The notes below the pieces were generated by a model. It was not told the origin of the DNA, ran no database searches, and saw nothing but the letters and a program-made list of their open reading frames with translations. This document shows, piece after piece, positions 27,828 to 36,861 of a stretch of 64,000 bases of DNA (the stretch's first letter is position 1; every line of letters starts with the position of its first letter). Source of the DNA: an uncultured Candidatus Saccharibacteria bacterium (GTDB taxonomy: Bacteria; Patescibacteriota; Minisyncoccia; Phycocordibacterales; UBA5272). Made by a program: the position numbers and the translations under genes. The DNA lies in NCBI GenBank assembly GCA_964538815.1, contig CAZIHL010000001.1:1070-65069 (forward strand), read 5' to 3'.

Positions 27828-28592
27828 ATGAATATAAATAAAGATTTAGGATTTGTTTTTAAAGAATTTGTCAGTTCTTCTCATCATGCTTTTTTATTAG
27901 AAATAAAAAATAGGGAAAAAGTTTTTGATTATTTTGAAAGTAAAATAAAAGAAGAAAATAATTCTAATGAAAATTTATTTTTGAATTTAAAAGTTTTTGA
28001 TATTGAAAAAGCTCGAAGTATTTTAGATTATGGAAAGACAAATTTTTATTCTAAGCATTTTGTTGTGATTTCTTTTTATTCTATAAATCATGAAGCTCAA
28101 AATACATTATTAAAATTTCTAGAAGAAGCTGGAGAAAATATAAAAATTGTTTTGATAATTCATGAGGGGGCAAGTATTTTGCCAACAATTTATTCTAGAC
28201 TTTATAAATTAAATGTTTTTGAGACAAAACTAGAAAGTGGTGAAGATGAAAACTTTTTAAGAGAATCAGCAGAAATATTTTTAAAGACTAAAAATATAAA
28301 TAGAATGAATCTAAAAGAAGTAAAAGATATTTTGAGTCGTAAAGATGAATATGCGCTTTTAAATGAAGATAAAGAGAGAAATGATAGAGAAGTGTTAGAA
28401 AAATTTTTAATAAAAATACACGATATAGTTTTTGAAAAATATGAAGAGATTATTTCTGAAAATATATATGAAAGTAGAAAATATTTAGAATATTTGGAAG
28501 ACATACTTGATTCTGTCCGATACGCAAAAAATAATTCTAGTAGTGGAAAGGTTTTGCTTGAGTATTTATCTTTGAAGTTGCCAATAATTTAA
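27828..28592 (+). CDS. holB: DNA polymerase III delta-prime (HolB)-like clamp-loader subunit lacking a P-loop.
   Basis: HHAFLLE (HAYLF-like), KHFVVISFYSINHEAQNTLLKFLEEAGENIKIVLI (sensor-1 and AANALLKTLEEPP-like), and ILPTIYSRL (TIxSRC box). Confidence 0.5.
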   Translation: MNINKDLGFVFKEFVSSSHHAFLLEIKNREKVFDYFESKIKEENNSNENLFLNLKVFDIEKARSILDYGKTNFYSKHFVVISFYSINHEAQNTLLKFLEEAGENIKIVLIIHEGASILPTIYSRLYKLNVFETKLESGEDENFLRESAEIFLKTKNINRMNLKEVKDILSRKDEYALLNEDKERNDREVLEKFLIKIHDIVFEKYEEIISENIYESRKYLEYLEDILDSVRYAKNNSSSGKVLLEYLSLKLPII

Positions 28593-28606
28593 ATAAATAA
28601 TATAAT

Positions 28607-29176
28607 TTGAAAAACAAAAATATGTCTTACGATTTTAAAAAATTTAAAGAAGAAAAAGAAAAAATTATTAGCTATTTAGCTAATGAATATAAATCTATAC
28701 AAACCGGAGCTGCCACAGCACAAGTTTTAGATATGATTTCTATAGATGCTTATGGGTCAAAAATGAATATTCCTCATGTTGCATCTGTTACAGTAGAAAG
28801 TTCTGCTAATTTATTAGTTTCTCCATATGATAAAAATCTTTTAAAAGAAATTGAAAAAGCTATAAATGAAGCAGATCTTGGGCTCTCAACTTCGCCAGAC
28901 AGTGAAGGTATTCGTGTATTTTTCCCAAAACCAACAACTGAAGGCAGACAAAGAATGGTGAAAGTTATTAAAGAGAGATTGGAAGAAGCGAGAGTAAAGA
29001 TTCGTGGTGTTCGTGAAGAATTAAAAAAAGAAATTGAAAAAGCTGCAAAAGAAGGAGAATTTGGAAAAGATGAGGAGGCTAAATATCTTGAAGAATTGCA
29101 ATCTTTGGTAAATGAATCAAATCGTGAGCTTGAAGAAATGTATAATAAAAAGGAAAAAGATGTATTGGGCGAATAA
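28607..29176 (+). CDS. frr: Ribosome recycling factor.
   Basis: Full-length RRF pattern (MISIDAYGSKMNIPHVASV...PKPTTEGRQRMVKVIKE...). Confidence 0.85.
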   Translation: MKNKNMSYDFKKFKEEKEKIISYLANEYKSIQTGAATAQVLDMISIDAYGSKMNIPHVASVTVESSANLLVSPYDKNLLKEIEKAINEADLGLSTSPDSEGIRVFFPKPTTEGRQRMVKVIKERLEEARVKIRGVREELKKEIEKAAKEGEFGKDEEAKYLEELQSLVNESNRELEEMYNKKEKDVLGE

Positions 29177-29209
29177 ATATCTCTTTCTTTGTGTTAAAAT
29201 TTATTTTAT

Positions 29210-30388
29210 ATGACAATAGTAATTTTTATAATAATCCTACTCGCTTTAGTTATTATTCACGAAGCGGGACACTTTTTTGCAGCTAAATCTTCAAAAGTAA
29301 GAGTAGATGAATTTGCTTTTGGATTTCCTCCAAGACTTTTTTCAATTAAAAAAGGTGAAACAACTTATGCTTTTAATGCTTTACCTCTCGGTGGGTATGT
29401 AAAAATCCATGGTGAAAATGGTGAAGATGAAAAAGAAGGAAAGGAGAAAGATAAAAGAAATTTTGCTAATAAACATCCTCTCATAAAAATATTTATATTG
29501 GCTGCAGGAGTATTAATGAATTTAGTGCTTGCATATATTTTAATCACTGTCTCAGTATACATAAGTACAACTTTTGCGATAGATAGAGAAAGTCATGAAT
29601 ACAAAACTTTTGTAGAAGAGGGCAGGATAAAAGATGAAAGAGTAATCATTGCAAATGTTATTAAAAATTCTCCAGCAGATAATGCAGGACTAAAGCCGGG
29701 AGACAAAATAGATAAAATTTATTCAAACAATGAAGATGCAGCAGGTAAAGTGTCAGTTAAAAAATCTGTAAATCTCGACGCGTCAGGCGATGAAATAACT
29801 GAAAAAGTTTCTAAAATAATAAATAATATTGATAGTAAATTTAGTGATTCTATTACCATAGTGTACAAAAATAGTAAAGGTGAAGTAAATGAATCAACTA
29901 TCGCTGGGATATATAATCTTGAAGGAAATAAAGATAAGAAAATGGTTGGGCTTTCTTTTGGAAAAGTCGCAACAATAAATTTAAAGTTTGGTGAAGCTAT
30001 AAAAATAGGTTGGGAAAAGACAGTAGAATTTACCAAGCTTACGCTTATTGGATTTAAAGATTTATTTGTTAATTTATTTTCTAAAGGAGAACTTTCTGAA
30101 AATATTGCTGGACCTGTTGGAATGGTAAGAGAAGTTGGAAATGTTCGCGAAATGGGATTCAATTATTTACTTTTGTTCACTGCTGTACTTTCTATTTCAC
30201 TCGCTGTATTTAATATACTTCCATTTCCAGCTCTTGATGGAGGAAGAATATTATTTGTTTTAATTGAATGGATAACAGGCAAAAAGATTTCTGAAAAATG
30301 GCAAAATATTTTAAATGGTGCCGGGTTTCTACTACTCATACTGCTAATGATATTTGTAACAGTGAAGGATGTGATGAAGTTGTTTTAA
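29210..30388 (+). CDS. rseP: RseP-type site-2 zinc metalloprotease (M50) with a PDZ domain.
   Basis: HEAGHFFAAK (HExxH) in the first TM, a PDZ-like segment (ANVIKNSPADNAGLKPGDKI), and a C-terminal LDGG motif (FNILPFPALDGGRIL). Confidence 0.8.
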   Translation: MTIVIFIIILLALVIIHEAGHFFAAKSSKVRVDEFAFGFPPRLFSIKKGETTYAFNALPLGGYVKIHGENGEDEKEGKEKDKRNFANKHPLIKIFILAAGVLMNLVLAYILITVSVYISTTFAIDRESHEYKTFVEEGRIKDERVIIANVIKNSPADNAGLKPGDKIDKIYSNNEDAAGKVSVKKSVNLDASGDEITEKVSKIINNIDSKFSDSITIVYKNSKGEVNESTIAGIYNLEGNKDKKMVGLSFGKVATINLKFGEAIKIGWEKTVEFTKLTLIGFKDLFVNLFSKGELSENIAGPVGMVREVGNVREMGFNYLLLFTAVLSISLAVFNILPFPALDGGRILFVLIEWITGKKISEKWQNILNGAGFLLLILLMIFVTVKDVMKLF

Positions 30389-30402
30389 AAAAATAATAAA
30401 GT

Positions 30403-30431
30403 AAAAAACCACTTTAAGAGAGTGGTTTTTT
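30403..30431 (+). terminator. Intrinsic terminator after rseP.
   Basis: aaaaaaccact ttaagag agtggtttttt (11-bp stem plus T-run). Confidence 0.7.
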
Positions 30432-30536
30432 ATAGTTTAGTTCTTATTTCATTATATCACATAAAATCTATATTTGTCAAGTATTTATATCATTTCTCTT
30501 ATGCTAAAATTACCTTTATAAAACAAGACTAAAAAT

Positions 30537-31811
30537 ATGCTTCAATCAAAACTTTTTACTAAAACTAAAAAAGAAGTTCCAGCTGATGAGACTAGTAATA
30601 ATGCAAAGCTTTTAATTCAAGCCGGGTATGTTTTTAAAGAAATGGCAGGAGTTTACACTCTTCTTCCACTAGGGCTTCGAGTAGTGCAAAAGATTGAAAA
30701 TATTATACGGGAAGAAATGAATGCGATTGGCGGAACTGAAATGAAAACAACTGCTATTCAAACAAAAGAAGTCTGGGAAAAGACAAATAGATGGAATGAT
30801 GAAGTGGTTGATAATTGGTTTAAGACAAATTTAAAAAATGGTACAGAAGTTGGACTTTCATTTACTAATGAAGAAGCTTATGCAAATATTATGAAGCATT
30901 ATATTTCCTCATACAAAGATTTACCAATCTATCCGTACGACTTTAAAACTATTTTTAGAAATGAAGCAAGAAGCAAGTCTGGGTTAATGCGTGGAAGAGA
31001 ATTTTACTGGAAAGCACTTTATTCTTTTTCAAAAAATAAAGAAGAACATGATAGATTTTATGAAAAAGCAGAAGAAGCATATAGAAAAGTTTTTGATAGA
31101 GTTGGCTTAGGAGAAAAAACATATTTTACTTTTGCGAGTGGAGGGACTTTTGCAAAATTTTCTCATGAGTTTCAAACTCTTTCAGAAGCAGGAGAGGATA
31201 CAATATATGTGGACGAAGAAAAAAAGATTGCAGTAAATAAAGAAGTGTTAACAGATGAAGTGCTTGCAGATCTTGAAATAGATAGAGAAAATTTGATAGA
31301 GAAAAAAGCAATAGAAGTTGGAAATATTTTTAGTCTCGCATATAAATTTTCTGACCCAATAAATCTTTCATATAAAAATAACGAAGGAGAAGAAGAAAAA
31401 GTTTTTATGGGTAGCTATGGAATTGGTATTACAAGACTTGTAGGTACCATTGTAGAAGTTTTTTCTGATCAGAAAGGAATTGTGTGGCCAGAAGCAGTTG
31501 CTCCATTTAAAATTCACTTAATTTCACTTTTTGATAATAAAGAATCTCATGAATATAAAGTAGCTGAAGATATATATAAAAAACTTTTAGAAAAAGATGT
31601 GGAGGTACTTTTTGATGACAGAGAAGGAAAGAGTGCGGGAGAGAAATTTAATGATGCAGATCTAATAGGAATACCAGTACGTATAGTTGTATCTAAAAAG
31701 ACCGCAAATCTTGGAAGTGTAGAGTTGAAAAAAAGATCTGAAGAGATAAAGGATGCAAAGATAATTAGTGTCGAAGAGCTTCTGAGAAGCATTTTCATAG
31801 AACAGAAATAA
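30537..31811 (+). CDS. proS: Class II aminoacyl-tRNA synthetase, most likely prolyl-tRNA synthetase (short form, 424 aa).
   Basis: Motif 2 FRNEARSKSGLMRGREFYWKALYSF matches the ProRS pattern (RxE...GLxRxREF..DxYSF). C-terminal HGTP-type anticodon-binding domain. Confidence 0.55.
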   Translation: MLQSKLFTKTKKEVPADETSNNAKLLIQAGYVFKEMAGVYTLLPLGLRVVQKIENIIREEMNAIGGTEMKTTAIQTKEVWEKTNRWNDEVVDNWFKTNLKNGTEVGLSFTNEEAYANIMKHYISSYKDLPIYPYDFKTIFRNEARSKSGLMRGREFYWKALYSFSKNKEEHDRFYEKAEEAYRKVFDRVGLGEKTYFTFASGGTFAKFSHEFQTLSEAGEDTIYVDEEKKIAVNKEVLTDEVLADLEIDRENLIEKKAIEVGNIFSLAYKFSDPINLSYKNNEGEEEKVFMGSYGIGITRLVGTIVEVFSDQKGIVWPEAVAPFKIHLISLFDNKESHEYKVAEDIYKKLLEKDVEVLFDDREGKSAGEKFNDADLIGIPVRIVVSKKTANLGSVELKKRSEEIKDAKIISVEELLRSIFIEQK

Positions 31812-31838
31812 AAAAGTACACCTAATAGGTGTACTTTG
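31812..31838. terminator. Bidirectional terminator between proS (+) and the convergent secreted-protein gene (-).
   Basis: aaaagtacacc taata ggtgtacttt (10-bp stem). Confidence 0.65.
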
Positions 31839-31841
31839 GCT

Positions 31842-32237
31842 TTAATATATTCTACTATTAACTGCGATGTGGATTCTTGATCTGTAAAAGGTTGCTTCTA
31901 CACTTCTACCAACAATCTGGGCTCTACCTATCCAAAATCCATTTACATAATAGTCGTACCACATTATGGTACCACCATATACATATCTCAGATTTCCAGC
32001 TTGAGTTACATTTAGTCTGTAACCCGCAAGGTTCATAATTCTATTTTCATAAATAGAAGTTGTGGATTGGTCAATTCTCCTACCATACCTTTGGATTCTG
32101 CTTATGAGATTTTGATAACCGTATGGTCCCAAATCCTCATATTGCATAAACGCATCAGTCGGCTGATAGTAACCATACTGAGCTTTTACAGAGGCAAAAG
32201 ACATTGAAATTACGAGTAACAAAAATAATCTTTTCAT
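31842..32237 (-). CDS. Small secreted Tyr/Arg-rich hypothetical protein with a cleavable signal peptide.
   Basis: MKRLFLLLVISMSFASVKA|QYG, typical of a Sec signal. Confidence 0.45.
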   Translation of the reverse strand: MKRLFLLLVISMSFASVKAQYGYYQPTDAFMQYEDLGPYGYQNLISRIQRYGRRIDQSTTSIYENRIMNLAGYRLNVTQAGNLRYVYGGTIMWYDYYVNGFWIGRAQIVGRSVEATFYRSRIHIAVNSRIY

Positions 32238-32300
32238 TGTTAAAAATTTTTCTTTTAAGGAAATATTTTGCTGATTATAGTATAAAATTATAGATTTATT

Positions 32301-32329
32301 TTGTCAAGTATAAAATTATGTGATAATAT
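32301..32329 (+). promoter_or_regulatory. Promoter-like element TTGTCA-N-TGaTAATAT upstream of the second mreB.
   Basis: TTGTCAAG at 32301-32308 and extended -10 TGATAATAT at 32321-32329. Confidence 0.4.
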
Positions 32330-32345
32330 ATAGGAACTTTTAGCT

Positions 32346-33404
32346 ATGTTTAGAAAGTATTTTTCAAAATTCTCTAATGACATTGGTATTGATCTTGGTA
32401 CCACAAACACCCTTGTATCCTTGGCAGGCGAAGGTATTGTTATTAATGAGCCGTCAGTCGTTGCAATAAATAATAAAACAAACAAAATTGTAGCACTTGG
32501 AACTGAAGCTAAAAATATGATGGGTAGAACTCCAGAACATATAAGCATAGTTCGTCCTATTATTGACGGAGTTATTTCGGATTATGAAGTGACAGAAGAA
32601 TTTCTTTCTTATTTAATTAATAAAGCAAATAGTCTTAATAAAAAGTTTTTAAGACCAAGAGTTGTTATAGGTATACCAATCGGTGTAACTGATGTTGAAA
32701 TACGAGCGGTAGAAGATGCTGCAATTGCAGCTGGGGCGGGAGAAATTTATATAATAGAAGAGCCAGCAGCAGCGGCTATAGGTATGGGTCTTTCTATAGA
32801 TACTCCAAAAGGTATAATGGTTGTGGATATAGGTGGAGGAACAACAGATATAGCAATATTATCATTATCTGGTATTGTAAAAAGAAAAAGTTTAAAAATA
32901 GCTGGTGATAAAATGAATCAAGATATAATTTCTTATATTAAAAATAATTATAAAATGATAATTGGTGAAAAGACTAGTGAAGAAATAAAAATAGAAGTGG
33001 GGTCCGTTTTAAATGAAGAATATAATAATCTAAGAGAGGTTGCTGTGAAAGGTCGAGATTTAGTATCTGGTTTACCAAAAGAAATAATAATAAACGAATT
33101 AGATATTAGAGAAGCGATTTTACCAAATATTTACCAAATAATAGAAGCTGTTAAAGAAATATTAGAAACAACACCACCAGAAGTTTTGGGTGATATTTTA
33201 GAAAACGGTATCGTTTTAACGGGAGGAGGTTCTCTTATAAAAAATATAGATAAATTTTTTAAAACGGAATTAAGTGTACATACTTATATATCAGAAAATC
33301 CTTTAATTGATGTTGCAAAAGGAGCTGAAAAAATTTTATCCAATATGGATAAACATAATCAATTAATTATAAAAGACTCAAAAGATATCGTGCTTATAGA
33401 TTAA
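32346..33404 (+). CDS. mreB: MreB, copy 2, heading the mreB-mreC-mreD-mrdA module.
   Basis: IGIDLGTTNTLVSL, DIGGGTTDIAIL, and GGGSLI motifs. Confidence 0.85.
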   Translation: MFRKYFSKFSNDIGIDLGTTNTLVSLAGEGIVINEPSVVAINNKTNKIVALGTEAKNMMGRTPEHISIVRPIIDGVISDYEVTEEFLSYLINKANSLNKKFLRPRVVIGIPIGVTDVEIRAVEDAAIAAGAGEIYIIEEPAAAAIGMGLSIDTPKGIMVVDIGGGTTDIAILSLSGIVKRKSLKIAGDKMNQDIISYIKNNYKMIIGEKTSEEIKIEVGSVLNEEYNNLREVAVKGRDLVSGLPKEIIINELDIREAILPNIYQIIEAVKEILETTPPEVLGDILENGIVLTGGGSLIKNIDKFFKTELSVHTYISENPLIDVAKGAEKILSNMDKHNQLIIKDSKDIVLID

Positions 33405-33430
33405 TTTTAAATATAGTATAATTTATTATT

Positions 33431-34309
33431 ATGATTATCAATAGAAAAAAATTTTTTAAGTTAAATTTTTTTTATATTATTTTTTATATTATTTTTTTAT
33501 TTATATTTCCTAGTTTAAAAAAATATTTGGATGGAGATATTTTATCTATAAATAAGAGTGCTAAAATATTAAATTTAGCCAATAAATCTACGAATTTAGC
33601 ATTATATTCTTTTAATAATGTAATTGAATATTTTTATTCACGAAAATATTTATTAAGTGAAATGGATAAATTAAAATTAGAATTAGAACAAGCAAAAAAT
33701 AGACATATTTTAGATTTAAATCAAGAGAATAATAATAAGCAAATAATAGTAGCTAAGAAAATTTTTACAGATTTTACAAATATATATGACAATTTACTCA
33801 TAAATAAAGGATCAGACGATGGCGTACTAGAAGGAGACATTGTATTTACTTATGAAAATAATTTAATAGGTAAAGTGTATAAAGTTAATAAAAATTCTTC
33901 TCTTGTAATACTTTTCTCAAAAGATAAAGAAAAAGTTGAAGGTATTATAAAAGCTGTTAAAAATAATAATACAGTGTCTCTTAAAGAAGCATTAGATTTT
34001 GATAAAAATGAAATTGAAATAAATAGTTCATCCAGTAAAGCAATTACTGATTTAGAAAAAAATAAAAATAGCATCGAAGATATTTTGATAGATGTAATAG
34101 GATATGGCGGTGGTGATTTTATATCTTTCATACCAGGAAATTTAGAAGTATCAGTAGGGGATCGTATTTATTATGCTTTAGATGATAAAAAATATATAGG
34201 AGAAGTAGTTAGTATAGAAAAACAAGATGCATCTTTTTATAAAGTTTTATTAATAAGAGGTTATTATAATTCTAGATTAAATAATGATTATTATATTTTA
34301 AGAAATTAA
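33431..34309 (+). CDS. mreC: MreC-like rod-shape protein (TM anchor, coiled coil, beta-rich C-terminus).
   Basis: Position between mreB and mrdA. N-terminal TM, coiled coil (LKLELEQAKNRHILDL), and a C-terminal VGDRIYY...GEVVSIEK block. Confidence 0.4.
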   Translation: MIINRKKFFKLNFFYIIFYIIFLFIFPSLKKYLDGDILSINKSAKILNLANKSTNLALYSFNNVIEYFYSRKYLLSEMDKLKLELEQAKNRHILDLNQENNNKQIIVAKKIFTDFTNIYDNLLINKGSDDGVLEGDIVFTYENNLIGKVYKVNKNSSLVILFSKDKEKVEGIIKAVKNNNTVSLKEALDFDKNEIEINSSSSKAITDLEKNKNSIEDILIDVIGYGGGDFISFIPGNLEVSVGDRIYYALDDKKYIGEVVSIEKQDASFYKVLLIRGYYNSRLNNDYYILRN

Positions 34310-34313
34310 AAAT

Positions 34314-34484
34314 ATGGAAAAAAATAATTTTATAAAAATAATATTTAAGATTTTACTTATTTTAATATTTATATTTTGTGTTTTTTATGATGCTGGGTTA
34401 TCAAATATAAATTTCCCGTTTTTATCTTCTATATTTTTTGGTTTATTTATGATTTTTAATTTAACTAAAAATATATTTAGATAA
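34314..34484 (+). CDS. Unannotated 56-aa hydrophobic micro-ORF, possibly an MreD-like membrane protein.
   Basis: MEKNNFIKIIFKILLILIFIFCVFYDAGLSNINFPFLSSIFFGLFMIFNLTKNIFR has two hydrophobic helices. It fills the gap between mreC-like and mrdA, where mreD normally sits. Confidence 0.3.
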   Translation: MEKNNFIKIIFKILLILIFIFCVFYDAGLSNINFPFLSSIFFGLFMIFNLTKNIFR

Positions 34485-34488
34485 TATT

Positions 34489-36246
34489 ATGGTTAGAAAT
34501 ATTTTTAAAAAAGTATTAAAGAGAAAAAAAATAAGTGGTGGAGAAATAAATCCAGAAGATATTTTTTTAGATTCTTCAAATTTAGTTGGTTTAGATATGG
34601 ATAGACAAGAAGGGACTTTAGCTAAACCAATATCTAAATTTATGGAGTATTTACCAGGAATGTTATTAATAATAGTATTTTTATTTTTTATACATAGATT
34701 ATACATAATACAAGTAAAGGATTATATTATATACAAGGAAAAAGCTGACAATAATAGATATAATGCACACCTAATTTTAGCTAATCGTGGAGAAATATTT
34801 GATAGAAATGGAAAGATATTAGCAGAAAATATCATATCTTCCACAACCAATATTTTAAAAAGAGAGTATATAAAAGATGGAGGATTTTCTAATATGCTTG
34901 GGTATATTTCTTATCCTAAAAAAGATAATTTGAATAATTATTGGCAAGATAATTATATAGGTAAAGATGGTTTAGAACTCATATATCAAGATTTACTTAC
35001 TGGAATTAATGGAAAACAAATAGTAGAAAAAGATGTTAAATCTTTAATAAAGTCAGAAAATTTAATAATTAGACCTATTTCTGGAACTAATCTAAATTTA
35101 ACTATAGATTCAATCTTACAGAAGAAATTATTTAACTCTATGAAAGATGTTGTAGAAAATAGAAGATTTGTATCTGCAACTGGAATAATAATGGATGTGA
35201 ATAATGGTGAAATCTTAGCGATTACTAATTACCCAGAATATGATAATAATTTAATGACAAATGCCGAAGGTGTGGAAGATAATAAAAAAATAAATAATTT
35301 ACTTAAAGATAAAAGAACTCCATTTTTAAACCGTGCAGTAGCTGGTCTTTTTACTCCTGGGTCTGTAGTAAAACCTTTTATGGCTTATGCAGCTCTTAAT
35401 GAAAAAATAATTACTCCAGAGAAACAAATTTTATCTGTCGGACAGATTGTTATACCAAATATCTACGATGGTCCAGATACAGTTTTTAGAGATTGGAAAG
35501 TGCATGGATGGATAAATGTTGTTAGAGCTATAGCTCAATCATCAGATGAATATTTTTATCAAGTAGGTGGTGGTTATAAGGATCAGCCAGGTTTGGGTAT
35601 TAGTAAAATTGATGAATATGCAAAACTTTTTGGATTTACAAGTGGTACCGGCATAGATTTGCCAAATGAAGAAACGGGAGTTATCCCAACACCAGAATGG
35701 AAAAGAATTAATTTTGTAGACAGTGAGTGGAGAATAGGAGATACTTACCATACATCAATAGGACAATATGGTTTTCAAGTAACTCCTGTAGAACTAATTA
35801 GATATATCGCGTCTATTGCAAATGGTGGGAATTTAGTAACTCCACATCTTTTCCTTTCAGCTTCTTCTTCCGAAATTGGTTCTAATATAGACTTGATTCA
35901 AAAATATAATTCAAAAACATGGCCCATTACAAATCTCAATTTAAATGAATATGCTTTAAAATATGTAAAAGAAGGTATGAGAGAGGTTGTGTTATCTGAT
36001 GGCACAGTACCACAATTAAATATTTCAGGGTTAAATGTTGCAGCAAAATCTGGTACAGCAGAACTTGGAGTAGTAAAAGGTAAAGTAAACTCTCTGATGA
36101 CAGGATATTTCCCATTTGATAATCCAAAATATGCTTTTGCAGTAGTTGTAGAAAATGGGCCAGTAGGAGGAACTTCAGCAGGAGCTCAAGTTATAAAACC
36201 AGTACTTGAATATATAGCTCAAAATATAGATCAATATTTAAAATAG
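34489..36246 (+). CDS. mrdA: Penicillin-binding protein 2 (elongation-specific transpeptidase).
   Basis: N-terminal TM, SVVKP (SxxK), SSD (SxN-equivalent), and KSGTA (KTG-equivalent) active-site triad. Rod-module context. Confidence 0.8.
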   Translation: MVRNIFKKVLKRKKISGGEINPEDIFLDSSNLVGLDMDRQEGTLAKPISKFMEYLPGMLLIIVFLFFIHRLYIIQVKDYIIYKEKADNNRYNAHLILANRGEIFDRNGKILAENIISSTTNILKREYIKDGGFSNMLGYISYPKKDNLNNYWQDNYIGKDGLELIYQDLLTGINGKQIVEKDVKSLIKSENLIIRPISGTNLNLTIDSILQKKLFNSMKDVVENRRFVSATGIIMDVNNGEILAITNYPEYDNNLMTNAEGVEDNKKINNLLKDKRTPFLNRAVAGLFTPGSVVKPFMAYAALNEKIITPEKQILSVGQIVIPNIYDGPDTVFRDWKVHGWINVVRAIAQSSDEYFYQVGGGYKDQPGLGISKIDEYAKLFGFTSGTGIDLPNEETGVIPTPEWKRINFVDSEWRIGDTYHTSIGQYGFQVTPVELIRYIASIANGGNLVTPHLFLSASSSEIGSNIDLIQKYNSKTWPITNLNLNEYALKYVKEGMREVVLSDGTVPQLNISGLNVAAKSGTAELGVVKGKVNSLMTGYFPFDNPKYAFAVVVENGPVGGTSAGAQVIKPVLEYIAQNIDQYLK

Positions 36247-36308
36247 TTTTTATACTTCAAAAAAAATGAAAAATATGTTATAATTTATTTCATAAATAAA
36301 AAACTATT

Positions 36309-36782
36309 ATGGTAAAAGAAGTAAAAGAATATTTAACAAGTGAGAAAAAAGTAGAGCTTGAAAAAGAGTTAGAGAATTTAAAAACTGTAAAAAGAAAAGA
36401 AATTGCTGATGCAATTGAATGGGCAAAGTCTCTTGGAGACCTTGCAGAAAATGCAGAATATTCTCAAGCTCGTGAAGATCAAGCTAGATGTGAAGCTAGA
36501 ATTGGTGAAATAGAAAACATTTTACAAAACGCTATTATTGCTGATACTCATAATATAAAAAATGGTATCGGAGTAGGATCAACTGTAATAGTTAAAAAGG
36601 TAGGAGAAAATTTTGAGCAAACTTATACCATAGTAGGTTCTGAAGAAGTTGATATTGAAGAAGGAAAAATATCAAACGAGTCTCCACTTGGAAATGCATT
36701 ACTTGGAAAGGATAAAGGGGATAAAGCAACTTTTATGACTCCAAAAGGTGAAGCGACTTATACAATAGTAAAATTTGATTAA
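36309..36782 (+). CDS. greA: Transcription elongation factor GreA.
   Basis: N-terminal coiled coil with the GDLAENAEYSQAREDQ acidic tip, and a C-terminal FKBP-like domain. Confidence 0.85.
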   Translation: MVKEVKEYLTSEKKVELEKELENLKTVKRKEIADAIEWAKSLGDLAENAEYSQAREDQARCEARIGEIENILQNAIIADTHNIKNGIGVGSTVIVKKVGENFEQTYTIVGSEEVDIEEGKISNESPLGNALLGKDKGDKATFMTPKGEATYTIVKFD

Positions 36783-36785
36783 AAT

Positions 36786-36819
36786 AAAAATCCCTGCATT
36801 TCGGGGATTTTTATTTTTT
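36786..36819 (+). terminator. Intrinsic terminator after greA. It lies inside the long lysS ORF extension listed in the six-frame track.
   Basis: aaaaatccc tgcatttcg gggattttt followed by attttttc. Confidence 0.7.
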
Positions 36820-36861
36820 CTCAAAATACATTATAATGTTTTTATTATTTTGCAAATTATT

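Noticed and set aside
36775-36861. A 29-codon N-terminal extension of the lysS ORF in the six-frame track (start at 36775).
   Set aside because: The extension overlaps the greA stop and contains the greA intrinsic terminator at 36786-36819. LysRS homology begins at the ATG at 36862.
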